A DNA stretch of 64,000 nucleotides from Desulfarculus sp. (GTDB lineage: Bacteria > Desulfobacterota > Desulfarculia > Desulfarculales > Desulfarculaceae): contig QZKP01000018.1 in NCBI GenBank assembly GCA_003605055.1, positions 40,644-104,643 on the forward strand, written 5' to 3'. Made by a program: the position numbers and the translations under genes. The number at the start of each line of letters is the position of its first letter. Position 1 is the first letter of the stretch. Below the pieces are notes generated by a model. The model was not told where the DNA came from. It did not search any database and saw only the letters and a program-made list of their open reading frames with translations. Shown in pieces: positions 25,384-37,297 of this stretch.

Positions 25384-26544
25384 ATGAGTTGGCGATTCAG
25401 CCTGGAAGGGGTGCGGCGCACCGTCTTTGGCCAGGGCAGCGCGGCCCAACTGGCCTCCGAGCTGGCCCTGCTGGGGGCCACGAGGGTTTTGCTGGTGATA
25501 GACCCCGGGGTGGCCCAGGCCGGCATCGCCGCGCCTGCCCTGGAGGGCCTGGCCCAGGCCAAAATCGCCTCCTGGACCTACAGCGACCTGACCCGGGAGC
25601 CGGAGCCGGCCGAGGCCGACGCGGCCGCGGCCCTGGGCCGGCAAGAGCAGGTGCAGGCCGTGGTGGGCATCGGCGGGGGCAGCGCCTTGGACCTGGCCAA
25701 GGCCGCGGCAATGCTCATCACCAATCCCGGCGCGGCCGTGGACTACGTGGGCCTGGACCTGGTCAAGCAGCCGGGGGTGCCCTGCCTGTGCCTGCCCACC
25801 ACCGCCGGCACCGGCAGCGAAGTAACCTTCACCGCCGTGTTCACCCGCCGCTCCGACCACTTCAAGGGCGGCATCAACGGCCGCCTGCTCTATCCCCACG
25901 CGGCCATCCTGGACCCGCTGCTCACCGTGAGCTGCCCGCCCTACATCACGGCCATCACCGGCATGGACGCCCTGACCCACGCCATGGAGGCCTACACCAG
26001 CACCCAGGCCCATCCGGTCAGCGACATGAACGCCCTGACCGCCGTTGAGCTGATCGGCCGGCACCTGCGCCGGGCGGTGGCCGAGGGCAGCGACCTGGAG
26101 GCCCGGGAGGGCATGCTCCTGGCCGCGCACCTGGCCGGCCTGGCCCTGGCCCAGGCCGGCGTCACCGCCGTGCACGCCATGGCCTATCCCCTGGGCGCCT
26201 TTTACGACATACCCCATGGCGAGGCCAACGCCGTGCTCCTGCCCTATGTGCTGCGCCACAACCGGGAGGCCTGCCCGGAGCGCTTCGCGGTGATGGCCCA
26301 TTTGCTGGCCGACCTGCCCGCGGGGCTGGACCTTGCGCAATCGGCCGCGGCCTGCGTGGAGCAGGTGCGGGCCCTGTCGGCGGCGGTGGGCATCCCCACC
26401 AGCCTGCGCCAGCTCAAGGTGCCCGAGGACTCGGTGCCGGCCATGGCCGCCAAGGCCATGACCGTGGCCCGGCCCATCGCCAACAACCCCCGCCAGGTCA
26501 GCGCCGCGGACCTGGAGGCCATCTACCGCGAGGCCTTTGCCTAG
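25384..26544 (+). CDS. Iron-containing (group III) alcohol dehydrogenase family protein, KdnB-like by context
   Basis: GIGGGSALDLAK, PTTAGTGSE, and metal-ligand His residues (THAMEAYTS, AVHAMAYPLG, PHGEANA). GGAG lies 7 nt upstream of the ATG. Confidence 0.85.
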   Translation: MSWRFSLEGVRRTVFGQGSAAQLASELALLGATRVLLVIDPGVAQAGIAAPALEGLAQAKIASWTYSDLTREPEPAEADAAAALGRQEQVQAVVGIGGGSALDLAKAAAMLITNPGAAVDYVGLDLVKQPGVPCLCLPTTAGTGSEVTFTAVFTRRSDHFKGGINGRLLYPHAAILDPLLTVSCPPYITAITGMDALTHAMEAYTSTQAHPVSDMNALTAVELIGRHLRRAVAEGSDLEAREGMLLAAHLAGLALAQAGVTAVHAMAYPLGAFYDIPHGEANAVLLPYVLRHNREACPERFAVMAHLLADLPAGLDLAQSAAACVEQVRALSAAVGIPTSLRQLKVPEDSVPAMAAKAMTVARPIANNPRQVSAADLEAIYREAFA

Positions 26545-26555
26545 GAGAGTGAGGC

Positions 26556-27749
26556 ATGCCTGGATTCGAGTGGTTGGGAGAGGAAGAAACCCGCGCCGTG
26601 GCCGAGGTCATGCAGCGGGGGGTGTTGTTCCGCTATGAGTTCGCCGAGCAGCGCCAGGGCGTCTATCGCGTAAGAGAGTTCGAGGAGGCCTTCGCCCGCT
26701 ACACCGGCGCCCGCTTCGCCTGCGCGGTCTCCTCGGGCAGCGCGGCGGTGAAGGTGGCCCTGGCCGCCCTGGGGGTGGGCTACGGCGACGAGGTCATCGT
26801 GCCGGCCTTCACCTTCGTGGCCACCTGGGAGGCGGTGTTGGATACCGGCGCCAAGCCGGTGTTCTGCGAGATCGACCAGAGCCTGTGCCTGGACCCCGCG
26901 GACCTGGCGGCGCGAATCACCGGCAAGACCGCCTGCATCCTGCCGGTGCACATGATGGGCGCCGGCGCCCGCATAGAGGTCGTCAAGGTCGTCGCCGACC
27001 AGCACGGCCTGCCGCTGATGGAGGACACGGCCCAGGCCGCCGGCGGCTTCCAGGGCGGCCGGCACCTGGGCACCTTCGGGGCCCTGGGCTCCTTTTCCTT
27101 CGACGCGGTCAAGACCCTCACCTGCGGCGAGGGCGGCATGGTGGTGACCAACGACGAGGCCCTGTACCAGAACGCCAGCGAGTACCAGGACCACGGCCAC
27201 GACCACAAGCCCGTGGGCCGCGGCAACGAGGGCCGGCGCTTTCTGGGCTTCAACTACCGCATGATGGAGCTGCAGGGGGCCCTGGGCCTGGTGCAGTTGG
27301 GCAAGCTGCCGGAGATGGTGGCCACCCAGCGCCGGAACAAGGCGGCCCTCAAGGAGGCTCTCAAGCGGGTGCCGGGCATCAGCTTCCGGGATCTGATAGA
27401 CGCCTCCGGCGACTCGGCCACCTTCCTGGCCTGGTTCATGGAGACGCCGGAGCAGGCCCGCAAGTTCGCCCGCCTGCTGGCCGACCACGGCGCGCCGGCC
27501 ATCTCCTGGGGGGTGAACACCTGGCACGCCTACCACAACTGGGAGCATTTGCAGGCCGGGGCCACCCTGGCCCGGGGCGGCTGGCCCTTCGCCCGCCCCG
27601 AGGGCCGCGCCTCCTACCCGGCCGAGGCCCTGCCCCGCACCCGGGACCTGCTCTCCCGCTGCCTGAGCTGGCAGATCATGCTGGGCTGGGACGAGGAGCG
27701 CCTGGAGAACATGACCGAGGCCATCAACCGCTCCATCGCGGCGATGTAG
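26556..27749 (+). CDS. DegT/DnrJ/EryC1/StrS-family PLP aminotransferase, KdnA-like by context
   Basis: MPGFEWLGEEE..., VIVPAFTFVAT, SFSFDAVKTLTCGEGG (PLP-Lys region), DHGHDH. Confidence 0.85.
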   Translation: MPGFEWLGEEETRAVAEVMQRGVLFRYEFAEQRQGVYRVREFEEAFARYTGARFACAVSSGSAAVKVALAALGVGYGDEVIVPAFTFVATWEAVLDTGAKPVFCEIDQSLCLDPADLAARITGKTACILPVHMMGAGARIEVVKVVADQHGLPLMEDTAQAAGGFQGGRHLGTFGALGSFSFDAVKTLTCGEGGMVVTNDEALYQNASEYQDHGHDHKPVGRGNEGRRFLGFNYRMMELQGALGLVQLGKLPEMVATQRRNKAALKEALKRVPGISFRDLIDASGDSATFLAWFMETPEQARKFARLLADHGAPAISWGVNTWHAYHNWEHLQAGATLARGGWPFARPEGRASYPAEALPRTRDLLSRCLSWQIMLGWDEERLENMTEAINRSIAAM

Positions 27750-27752
27750 GCC

Positions 27753-28496
27753 ATGGCCCTGCACGTGATCATACCGGCACGCTACGGCTCCAGCCGCTTT
27801 CCGGGCAAGCCCCTGGTCAAGATCGCCGGCCGCCCCATGATCCAGCACGTGATGGAGCGGGTGGCCCGGGCCGCCGGCGTGCAGACCGTGGCCGTGGCCA
27901 CCGACGATGAGCGGGTGGCCGCGGCGGTGGAGGCCTTCGGCGGCCGGGCCATCATGACCCCCAGCGAGCTGCGCTCGGGCTCGGACCGGGTGGCCGCGGC
28001 CGCCGATCTGCTGGGCCTGGGGCCCGGGGAGCTGGTGGCCAACGTGCAGGGCGACCAGCCGCTGTTGCCCCCCCAGGTGCTGGAGCAGTGCGCGGCGGCG
28101 CTGTCCGTCGAGCCCGGCCTGGGCATGAGCACCCCGGTGGTGCCCATCCGCCACCCCGAGGAGGCGGACGACCCCAACCACGTCAAGGTGGTCATGGCCG
28201 TGGGCGGCAACGCCCTGTACTTCTCGCGCCTGCCGGTGCCCTTTCCGCGCGACGGCGGCGAGCTCACTTACTACAAGCACCTGGGGGTGTACCTGTTCCG
28301 CAGGTCCTTCCTGGACGTCTTCGCCGCCCTGCCCAGCGGCCGCCTGGAGAACCTGGAGAAGCTGGAGCAGCTCCGGGCCCTGGAGCACGGCTACCCCGTG
28401 CGCTGCGTGATCACCAGCTTCGACTCGCCCGAGGTGGACCGCCCCGAGGACGCCGCCCGGGTGGCCGCCCTGCTGCGCCAGCAGGGCCAGGGCTGA
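27753..28496 (+). CDS. kdsB: 3-deoxy-manno-octulosonate cytidylyltransferase (CMP-Kdo synthetase)
   Basis: IIPARYGSSRFPGKPL, NVQGDQP, LEQLRALE(H)G. Confidence 0.9.
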   Translation: MALHVIIPARYGSSRFPGKPLVKIAGRPMIQHVMERVARAAGVQTVAVATDDERVAAAVEAFGGRAIMTPSELRSGSDRVAAAADLLGLGPGELVANVQGDQPLLPPQVLEQCAAALSVEPGLGMSTPVVPIRHPEEADDPNHVKVVMAVGGNALYFSRLPVPFPRDGGELTYYKHLGVYLFRRSFLDVFAALPSGRLENLEKLEQLRALEHGYPVRCVITSFDSPEVDRPEDAARVAALLRQQGQG

Positions 28497-28508
28497 AAGG
28501 GCAGGGCC

Positions 28509-29174
28509 ATGCAGCTCGCGCCGGGCCGGGCCGCCTTTTTCGGGGCCGGACCGGTCTGGCCCCTGTGGCTGCTGGCCGCCGCGGCCCTGGCCTTGTTCAT
28601 CTGGGGGCTGGCGCGGCGGCAAGACCTGGCCACCCCGCCGGGCCGGAGCTGGCCGGCCCATTGGCTGCTGCTGGCCCCCCTGTGGCGGGCCTCGCCCCTG
28701 TGCGGCCTGCTCACCGCCCTTGCCTGGTGGACGCTGATGGACCTGGCCGGCGGCTGCCTGCTCTGGCTGGCGCACCTGGGCCTGTATCCCTTCCTCCGGG
28801 GCCGGGCCTATCTGTTCTTTTCCTGGTACCTGGACTGGGCGGGCGCGGTGTTCACCGTGGCCTGCCTGCTGCTGCTCATCGGCCGCTACACCCTCTGGCG
28901 GCGCCGCCCCCTGGGCGTGCGCAACCGGTGGCTGCTCTGGCTGGGGCTGTTCAGCGGCTTCACCGGGTTCGTGGTGGAGGCCGGCCGCCTTGGGGCCACC
29001 CGGCCGGACTGGGCCTGGTGGTCGCCAGTGGGCATGCGCCTGGCCGAGCGCTGGCTGGGCGGCGCCTCGGACGCGGCCCTGTGGGCCTGGTGGTGGGTGC
29101 ACGCCCTGCTGGGCCTGGCCCTCTTTGCCGGGTTGCCCTGGCTGCGGGTGCGGGCCGGGGATGAGCGGCCCTGA
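28509..29174 (+). CDS. Trp-rich polytopic membrane protein (hypothetical)
   Basis: 221 aa with about 5-6 hydrophobic segments and very many Trp residues. Sits 12 nt after kdsB. No family recognised; a weak NarI/DsrM-like impression only. Confidence 0.55.
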   Translation: MQLAPGRAAFFGAGPVWPLWLLAAAALALFIWGLARRQDLATPPGRSWPAHWLLLAPLWRASPLCGLLTALAWWTLMDLAGGCLLWLAHLGLYPFLRGRAYLFFSWYLDWAGAVFTVACLLLLIGRYTLWRRRPLGVRNRWLLWLGLFSGFTGFVVEAGRLGATRPDWAWWSPVGMRLAERWLGGASDAALWAWWWVHALLGLALFAGLPWLRVRAGDERP

Positions 29175-29225
29175 GGCCCTGGCCTGCCTCTTGCGCGCGG
29201 CCTTGGGGGGTGGCATCCTAGCGCC

Positions 29226-30935
29226 ATGCTCACCTATCTAGCCATCAACAACTTCGCCCTGATTCAGTCCCTGGAGCTGGAGCCGGGGCCGGGCCTGTGC
29301 GTGCTCACCGGTGAGACCGGGGCCGGCAAGTCCATCATCCTGGCCGCGGTGAGCCTGCTCATCGGCCAGCGGGCCGCCTCCGAGCAGATTCGCCAGGGGG
29401 CCGAGCAGGCGGTGCTGGAGGCCCAGTTCGCCCTGGAGGAGCACAGCGACCCCCTGCGCCGCCTGGCCCAGGAGGGCCTGCCCGATGGCGCAGGCGAGCT
29501 GGTGGTGCGCCGCCTGGTCAGCCGGGAGGGGCGCAACCGGGTGCAGGTCAACGGCGCCCTGTCCACCCTGGGCTTCTTGGTTGAGTTGGGCCCAGAGCTG
29601 GTCAGCGTGGTGGGCCAGCACGCCTCCCAGGCCCTGCTGCGGCCCGAAGAGCACCTGTCGCTGCTGGACGCCTTTGCCGGCCGCGAGGCCGGGGCCGCGG
29701 AGCTGGCCGCGGCCGTGGCCCGGGTGCGCGAGCTGGACCATGAGCTGGCCGGCCTGGAGGCGGAGCTGGCCGCCCGCCTTCAGCGCCGCCAGGAGCTGCA
29801 AGAGACCGTGGCCCAGTTGGAGGCGGCCAACCTGGACCCGGCCGAGGAGGAGGCCCTCAAGGCCGAGCGGCAGCTCTTGGCCAACGCCGAACAGGTGGCC
29901 GGCCTGGCCGAGGGCGCCCACCAGGGCCTGTACGCGGCCGAGGGCTCCATCCTGGAGCAGTTGGGCAAGGTGCGCGGCCTGCTGGAGGACCTGGCCCGCC
30001 TGGACGAGCGGGTGCGGCCCCTTTTGGCCCAGGCCGAGGAGGCCTACTTCAACCTGGAGGACGCGGCCCGCCAGGTGCGCGACTACGCCACGGGCCTGAC
30101 CTTTGAGCCCGGCCGGCAGGACTGGGTGGAGGGCCGCCTGGTGGAGATTCGGCGGCTGACCCGCCGCTTCGGCGGCGACGTGCCCGCGGCCCTGCAGACG
30201 CTGGCCGAGGCCCGCCATGAGCTGGAGGGCCTGGAGACCGGCGGCCAGCGTCTGGCCCAGATGCGCGTCCGCCGCCGGGAGGCCCTGGACGGGGCCCTGG
30301 CCCTGGCCCAGGACCTGAGCGCCGCCCGGCAGGAGGCGGCCCAGCGCCTGGCCCAGTCCGCCCAGCAGGAGGTGGCGGACCTGGGCCTGGCCGACTGCCG
30401 CTTCCAGGTGCGCTTCAGCCCGCCCGGCGGGCAGGCCCTGGACACGCCAGCTGGGCCGCTTTCCGCCCGCGGCCTGGAGCGGGCGGAGTTCTTCATGGCC
30501 CCCAACCCGGGCGAGGGCTTCCGCCCCTTGGCCCGCATCGCCAGCGGCGGCGAGCTGTCCCGCCTGCTGTTGGCCCTGCGCTCCCTGGTGGCTCGCCGCC
30601 ACGGCGCGCCCACCCTGATCTTCGACGAGGTGGACGCCGGCATCGGCGGGGCGGTGGGCTCGGCGGTGGGGCGCAAGCTGGCCGGCCTGGCCCGGGAGGG
30701 CCAGGTGATCTGCATCACCCACCTGCCTCAGATCGCGGCCTGGGCCGATCAGCATCTGGCCGTGGAAAAGAGAATCTTTGAGGGGCGCACCGCCACCCAA
30801 CTCCGGCCGCTGGACGAAGAAGGCCGCCTGGCCGAGCTTTCGCGCATGCTGGCCGGGGCCGAGGAAGAGGCCACCGCCCGCCAGCACGCCCGCCAGCTAA
30901 TGGACGCCGCCCGCAGGGAAAAGAAAAAGTTCTAG
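29226..30935 (+). CDS. recN: DNA repair protein RecN
   Basis: N-terminal Walker A (LTGETGAGKS), a long coiled coil, and C-terminal SGGELSR signature plus Walker B (LIFDEVDAGIGG). Confidence 0.92.
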   Translation: MLTYLAINNFALIQSLELEPGPGLCVLTGETGAGKSIILAAVSLLIGQRAASEQIRQGAEQAVLEAQFALEEHSDPLRRLAQEGLPDGAGELVVRRLVSREGRNRVQVNGALSTLGFLVELGPELVSVVGQHASQALLRPEEHLSLLDAFAGREAGAAELAAAVARVRELDHELAGLEAELAARLQRRQELQETVAQLEAANLDPAEEEALKAERQLLANAEQVAGLAEGAHQGLYAAEGSILEQLGKVRGLLEDLARLDERVRPLLAQAEEAYFNLEDAARQVRDYATGLTFEPGRQDWVEGRLVEIRRLTRRFGGDVPAALQTLAEARHELEGLETGGQRLAQMRVRRREALDGALALAQDLSAARQEAAQRLAQSAQQEVADLGLADCRFQVRFSPPGGQALDTPAGPLSARGLERAEFFMAPNPGEGFRPLARIASGGELSRLLLALRSLVARRHGAPTLIFDEVDAGIGGAVGSAVGRKLAGLAREGQVICITHLPQIAAWADQHLAVEKRIFEGRTATQLRPLDEEGRLAELSRMLAGAEEEATARQHARQLMDAARREKKKF

Positions 30936-30936
30936 C

Positions 30937-31875
30937 TTAGTGGGTGCGCAGGGTCTGGCCCGGCTCAAAGGGGCCGGGCTTCTTGCCTCCGGCCTCTGCC
31001 ATTGGCACGGCCCAGGAGCTGCGTGCATCCAGCTTGACCAGCTTCAGCCGGCCCACCGGCGCGCCGGGCAGGAAGAGGATGCGGCCGCTGCCCGAGCGGA
31101 TTTGCGTCCCCCGGCCATAGACCACCAGCAGGTCCCCCACCGAAAGCCCGGTGTCCCGCCCCACGGTCACCTTGACCTGGCCGCCCTGCAGGGCCAGCAC
31201 GAAGCCGGTCCAGGCCTGGGCGGCGACGTTGCGCCCCACCCATTTGACCGTGGGCGGCACCAGATCGGCCTGCAGCTTGTTCAACACGTCGGCCGGATAG
31301 GGCTGGCCCAGGGTGATGTTGGTGGCCACCAAGTCGCTGAGCTTGAGCTTGCTGTCCTGCACCCCCTCGGCCAGCAGGACGCCGGTGGCCACGTCGATAA
31401 GCCTCAGGTTGAGTTCCAGGAGGGCAAAGGGCTCGTTCTCCCGGAAGCCGTAGATGCCGGTCTTGTCGTACTGCAGGGCCAAGTTGGTCAGGGCCCCGCT
31501 GAGCACCGTGTTAAGGCCCAGGGTCTTGGCCGCGGCCACGATGCGCTCCTCATTGTTCTTGATGCCGGGGTCCACCTTGGTCAGGGCGTCCTGCAGCAGC
31601 TTGAAGTCCACCAGCACTATACCGCCCTGTTTTTCCAGGCGCTGGGCCACGGCCAGGCCCACGGCCTGGGCCCGCGCCCGCAGGTGGGGGAAGCGGCTGA
31701 CAAAGGGGGCCACCACCACCCGCTTGCGCAGGTTGGTGTCCCGGCTGTCCATGAGGTCGAACCAGGCGTCGCTGACCTTCTGGGGCAGACCGCAGCCCGC
31801 CTGGCCGAGGACCAGCAGGGAACCCAGGACGATCAGCAGGGCCATGCGCCATTTATTTGTAGGGCTCAATAACAT
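30937..31875 (-). CDS. Putative lipoprotein (CsgG/LpoB-like N-domain plus beta-rich C-domain)
   Basis: Signal peptide with lipobox LGQAGC. The start could also be ATG 31845. Function unknown. Confidence 0.65.
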   Translation of the reverse strand: MLLSPTNKWRMALLIVLGSLLVLGQAGCGLPQKVSDAWFDLMDSRDTNLRKRVVVAPFVSRFPHLRARAQAVGLAVAQRLEKQGGIVLVDFKLLQDALTKVDPGIKNNEERIVAAAKTLGLNTVLSGALTNLALQYDKTGIYGFRENEPFALLELNLRLIDVATGVLLAEGVQDSKLKLSDLVATNITLGQPYPADVLNKLQADLVPPTVKWVGRNVAAQAWTGFVLALQGGQVKVTVGRDTGLSVGDLLVVYGRGTQIRSGSGRILFLPGAPVGRLKLVKLDARSSWAVPMAEAGGKKPGPFEPGQTLRTH

Positions 31876-31968
31876 GCCACTTATCTCCGGGCTGAGGCTG
31901 GGGCTTCACCAAGGCATTATGGCTGGCCGCCGCGGGAATGTAAACACCACGCGTGAGCCGGGGCCGTC

Positions 31969-32246
31969 TTAGTAGCGGATCTGAAAACCCTGCAGGGCGG
32001 AGTCGGGCTCCTGCCAGCTCACGCTGACTTCGCTCACCTGGGCCCCGGCCGGGCCTTGGTGACACCAGGCCAAGGCCTCTTGCACCTTGTCCTCCGGCCC
32101 CTGAAACACGGCTTCCACCCGCCTGAGGGGCAGGTTGCGCACGTGGCCGGCCAGGCCCAGGGAGTCGGCCACCTGCTTGGTGGAGGCCCTGAACCAGACC
32201 CCCTGCACCCGCCCCTTGATCAGGGCCACGGCCCGCACCCGCTCCA

Positions 32247-32247
<1 letters not shown>
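31969..32247 (-). CDS. acyP: Acylphosphatase
   Basis: GRVQGVWFR motif and GHVRNL. 92 aa. The start overlaps the ligA stop (TAATG). Confidence 0.88.
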
Positions 32248-34355
<2,108 letters not shown>

Positions 34356-34395
34356 TTAAAACCTTTTTTCAGGCGGGGCCGCAAGACCGGCTAGG

Positions 34396-36222
34396 CTAGG
34401 CCTGCACTTCGCTGCGGTTCTTGCCGGCCTTCTTGGCGCGGTACAGGGCCTGGTCTGCCCGGCGCAGCAGGGAGACGGGGCCCTCGCCCGCCTGCCACTG
34501 GGCCAGGCCGATGCTCACGCTTACGCGCACCTCGCCGCCTTCCTGGGACTGGAAGGCCAGTTGGTTGAAGCCGGTGCGGATACGCTCGGCCACCATCCAA
34601 CCCTGATCCTGGTCGGTGCCGGGCATGATCACCACGAACTCCTCGCCGCCGTAGCGGCAGGCGACGTCGCTGGCGCGGCTGCGCTCCCGGACCACGGTGG
34701 CCAGCCCGGCCAGGACCTTGTCCCCTTCGTCATGGCCGTGGGTGTCGTTGAAGCGCTTGAAGTCGTCCACGTCCAACAGGAGCATGGTCAGCGGCTCGGT
34801 CTGGGCCATGGCCCGCTCCACCTCGTTTTGCAGGCAACTGCCCAGGTAGCGCTTGTTGTACAGTCCGGTGAGCTCGTCGCGGATGCTCATCTCCCGGTAG
34901 TGGTCTTCCCGGCGGCGGGCCTCCTGCCGCTGCCTGCGCAGCACCCGTACGCGCTCGGCCAGGGCGAAGGACAGCAGCAAGGACTCCAAGGCGGAGGCGC
35001 CGGGCAACAGCACCGCGCCGGAGAGGAACTCGGGGGCCAGGCCGAAGCCCTTGGCCGCGAACAGGATCACGGCCAGCACCAGCACCGACCAGCCCAGCAG
35101 GAAAAACCGGGGGGCCAGAAGCCCCCGGCGCAGGCTGGCCAGGGCCGTCGCTAGAATCATGCCGGGTATGGCCAGGGCCAGAATGTGCGAGAAAAGGCCG
35201 GTGAAGCGGAAGAATCCCAGCGGGGCGGCAACAACAATTAGGCCGCCGGCCCCCAGCAGCCCCAGCAGGACCTTGTCCAGGCGGGGGGTGAGCAGCCAGG
35301 AGCGCAGGAAGGCGCGGGCGAACAGCACCGCAGTGCACAAAACCATACCCACGAAGAGCCAGACGAGGGTCTGGTCCAGGCGCTGGGGAAGGTCCAACAT
35401 CAGGTTCAGTTGGGTGTAAGTGGCCAGGGAAAACAGGAGCAGGGAGGCCACGTAGAATACGTAGTACAGGTAGGTGCGGTCCTTGAGCGAAAAGAAGAAA
35501 ACCAGGTTGCTCAAGAGCATGGCCAAGAGCACCCCATAGACCACGCCGAAGAAATAGCTGTCGCCGACCATGCGCTGATGCAGGCCGCGCATGGACCAGA
35601 GATCCAGGCGCATGGTCAGGGTGTTGACGCTGGCCAGGCGCAGGTAGATGTAGTCCCCGTCCTGGTATTCGGACGGAATCTGCAGGATGAAGGTTCGCAA
35701 TGGCAAGGGCCGCGCCTGGCTGGGCCGGCTCAGACCGGTGTGCACCTCGCGGAAGGCGGGAGGGCCGTTTGGCCCCGCCGCCGGGGGCACCGGGAAAAAG
35801 GCGTCCAGATACTGTATCTGGGTGTTGTCCAGCTCGATGAACCAGTCGTCCGGCTGGTTGAAGGGCGGGGCGCTGGCCGGGGGCCGCCGCAGGCGCAGGC
35901 GCAGCCAGACCGCGTCCGGGGTTATGCCCAGCTTGAGGTTGGCCTCCGGGGGCATGCGGCGGAAGCGCCCGGCAAAGGCCGGCGCGGCCACCTGGGCGAT
36001 GGTCAGGGAGCGGCTGGGATCCTGGAATATCTCCAGATAGGAGGCCAGGGCGGTCCCCGGGGCGCTGGGGGTCAGCAGGGGGGCTGGCGCGGCCGGGGGG
36101 GCGGCGTACGCCCCGGCGGGCCAGGCGGCCGCCAGGAGCAGCAGGCAGGCCCCTACCGCCGTCAGGAACAGGGTCCGGTGTTTAGCCTGACAGCAGTGAT
36201 ATGGGCCCGGGGCTTGGTGCAT
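34396..36222 (-). CDS. Diguanylate cyclase with periplasmic sensor and 7TM (7TMR-DISM-like) module
   Basis: C-terminal GGDEF domain (RYGGEEF, DDFKRFNDTHGH). The N-terminus has a signal/anchor, an extracytoplasmic domain and 7 hydrophobic helices. Start at ATG 36222 with GAGGAAG upstream. Confidence 0.85.
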   Translation of the reverse strand: MHQAPGPYHCCQAKHRTLFLTAVGACLLLLAAAWPAGAYAAPPAAPAPLLTPSAPGTALASYLEIFQDPSRSLTIAQVAAPAFAGRFRRMPPEANLKLGITPDAVWLRLRLRRPPASAPPFNQPDDWFIELDNTQIQYLDAFFPVPPAAGPNGPPAFREVHTGLSRPSQARPLPLRTFILQIPSEYQDGDYIYLRLASVNTLTMRLDLWSMRGLHQRMVGDSYFFGVVYGVLLAMLLSNLVFFFSLKDRTYLYYVFYVASLLLFSLATYTQLNLMLDLPQRLDQTLVWLFVGMVLCTAVLFARAFLRSWLLTPRLDKVLLGLLGAGGLIVVAAPLGFFRFTGLFSHILALAIPGMILATALASLRRGLLAPRFFLLGWSVLVLAVILFAAKGFGLAPEFLSGAVLLPGASALESLLLSFALAERVRVLRRQRQEARRREDHYREMSIRDELTGLYNKRYLGSCLQNEVERAMAQTEPLTMLLLDVDDFKRFNDTHGHDEGDKVLAGLATVVRERSRASDVACRYGGEEFVVIMPGTDQDQGWMVAERIRTGFNQLAFQSQEGGEVRVSVSIGLAQWQAGEGPVSLLRRADQALYRAKKAGKNRSEVQA

Positions 36223-36229
36223 GTCTTCC

Positions 36230-37297
36230 TCAGCTAATCGCGGACGGCGGCCGTGGGGCGCCGTCCTGGCCACGCTGCAATACGGCGGCCAGCAAGCCGA
36301 AGCAGCCCGAGAGCATCACGTCGCCGTGGGGCACGGCCGTGGGCCAGCCCAGGCCCTGGGCCAGGCGGCGCTGGGGCCCGGTGACCGCCGGCGGGCCGGG
36401 CAGCCCCTGGGGCGCCTGGGGCAGGCGGGCGCAGCCGTGGCCGCGGCCGGCGAAGACCTCCTCGTCGCTCAGGCGGCCGCTGATGAAGCGCGCGACGTGA
36501 TCGGCCAACGTGGCCTGGTCCAGGCAGCGGGTGTGGTGCTCGTACACCCCCAGCACCTTACCGCCGCGCACGATGAAGGCCACGGTGTGCATGTTGCCCA
36601 GGTTGACGATGCACACGCCCGGGCCCTGGGCGGCCTGGGCCACGGCCGGGTCCTCCAGGGCCCCCCAGGCCGCGGCCGCGGCGGTGTCCATGAGCAGGCA
36701 GCCCGGCGCCTGTTCCTGCAGGGCCTTGAGACGGGTCAGGTGCGCCGGCGGGTCGCTGATGAGCAGGTCCGGCAGCCGGCCGCCGCGCTCCAAGAAGGCG
36801 GTCCACTGCTGGAAGCGGAACTTGCGGTTGGAAAAGCCGGGCGAGAAGCCGTGGTCGCACACGGCCAGGGCCAGGGTCTGGGGCAGCGCCACCTCGAACA
36901 GGGAGCAGATGCTATTAAGCTCGGCCAGGTTCAGGTCGCCGAAGGGGATGGGCAGGGCCCCGGCCGGGGCCTGCTCGCAGAGGCTGACGCCCATGGCCTG
37001 CACCCGGGCCGAGTCGTCGGCGAAGGTGGCCGCGGCCGCGGGCGTGGCGAAGACCTTCAGGCCGGCCTGCAGGTGCTCATCCACCGCCCGGTGTACCGCC
37101 CCGCCGCCCATGAGCCAGCCGTGCAGGAACACGTCCCGGCCCAGGCCGCGGGCCCGGCGCAGGCGGGCGGCGGCCACCTGGGTGGGGGCCGGCAGCACCA
37201 GCTTGACCGCGTTCTCCAGGTTCTGCGCGGACCGCCAGAGCAGGATATCCTGGGTGCCGCCGCCTATGTCACAGGCCAATAAAGAGGTAGTACCCAT
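36230..37297 (-). CDS. ASKHA-fold protein, DUF1786-like (function unknown)
   Basis: N-terminal ACDIGGGTQDILLW phosphate-1 motif of the actin/Hsp70/sugar-kinase fold. Length and layout match DUF1786 from memory. Confidence 0.65.
   Translation of the reverse strand: MGTTSLLACDIGGGTQDILLWRSAQNLENAVKLVLPAPTQVAAARLRRARGLGRDVFLHGWLMGGGAVHRAVDEHLQAGLKVFATPAAAATFADDSARVQAMGVSLCEQAPAGALPIPFGDLNLAELNSICSLFEVALPQTLALAVCDHGFSPGFSNRKFRFQQWTAFLERGGRLPDLLISDPPAHLTRLKALQEQAPGCLLMDTAAAAAWGALEDPAVAQAAQGPGVCIVNLGNMHTVAFIVRGGKVLGVYEHHTRCLDQATLADHVARFISGRLSDEEVFAGRGHGCARLPQAPQGLPGPPAVTGPQRRLAQGLGWPTAVPHGDVMLSGCFGLLAAVLQRGQDGAPRPPSAIS

Noticed and set aside
26541-29216. 891-aa ORF on the minus strand spanning the aminotransferase, kdsB and membrane-protein genes
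   Set aside because: It lies antisense to three well-supported plus-strand genes with clear family motifs. Its translation is Gly/Pro/Ala/Arg-rich low complexity, typical of stop-free alternative frames in high-GC DNA. The same applies to 55516-58749(+), 40907-42241(-), 43311-45146(-), 20072-21392(-), 37522-38859(-), 16815-18011(+) and similar ORFs in the track.
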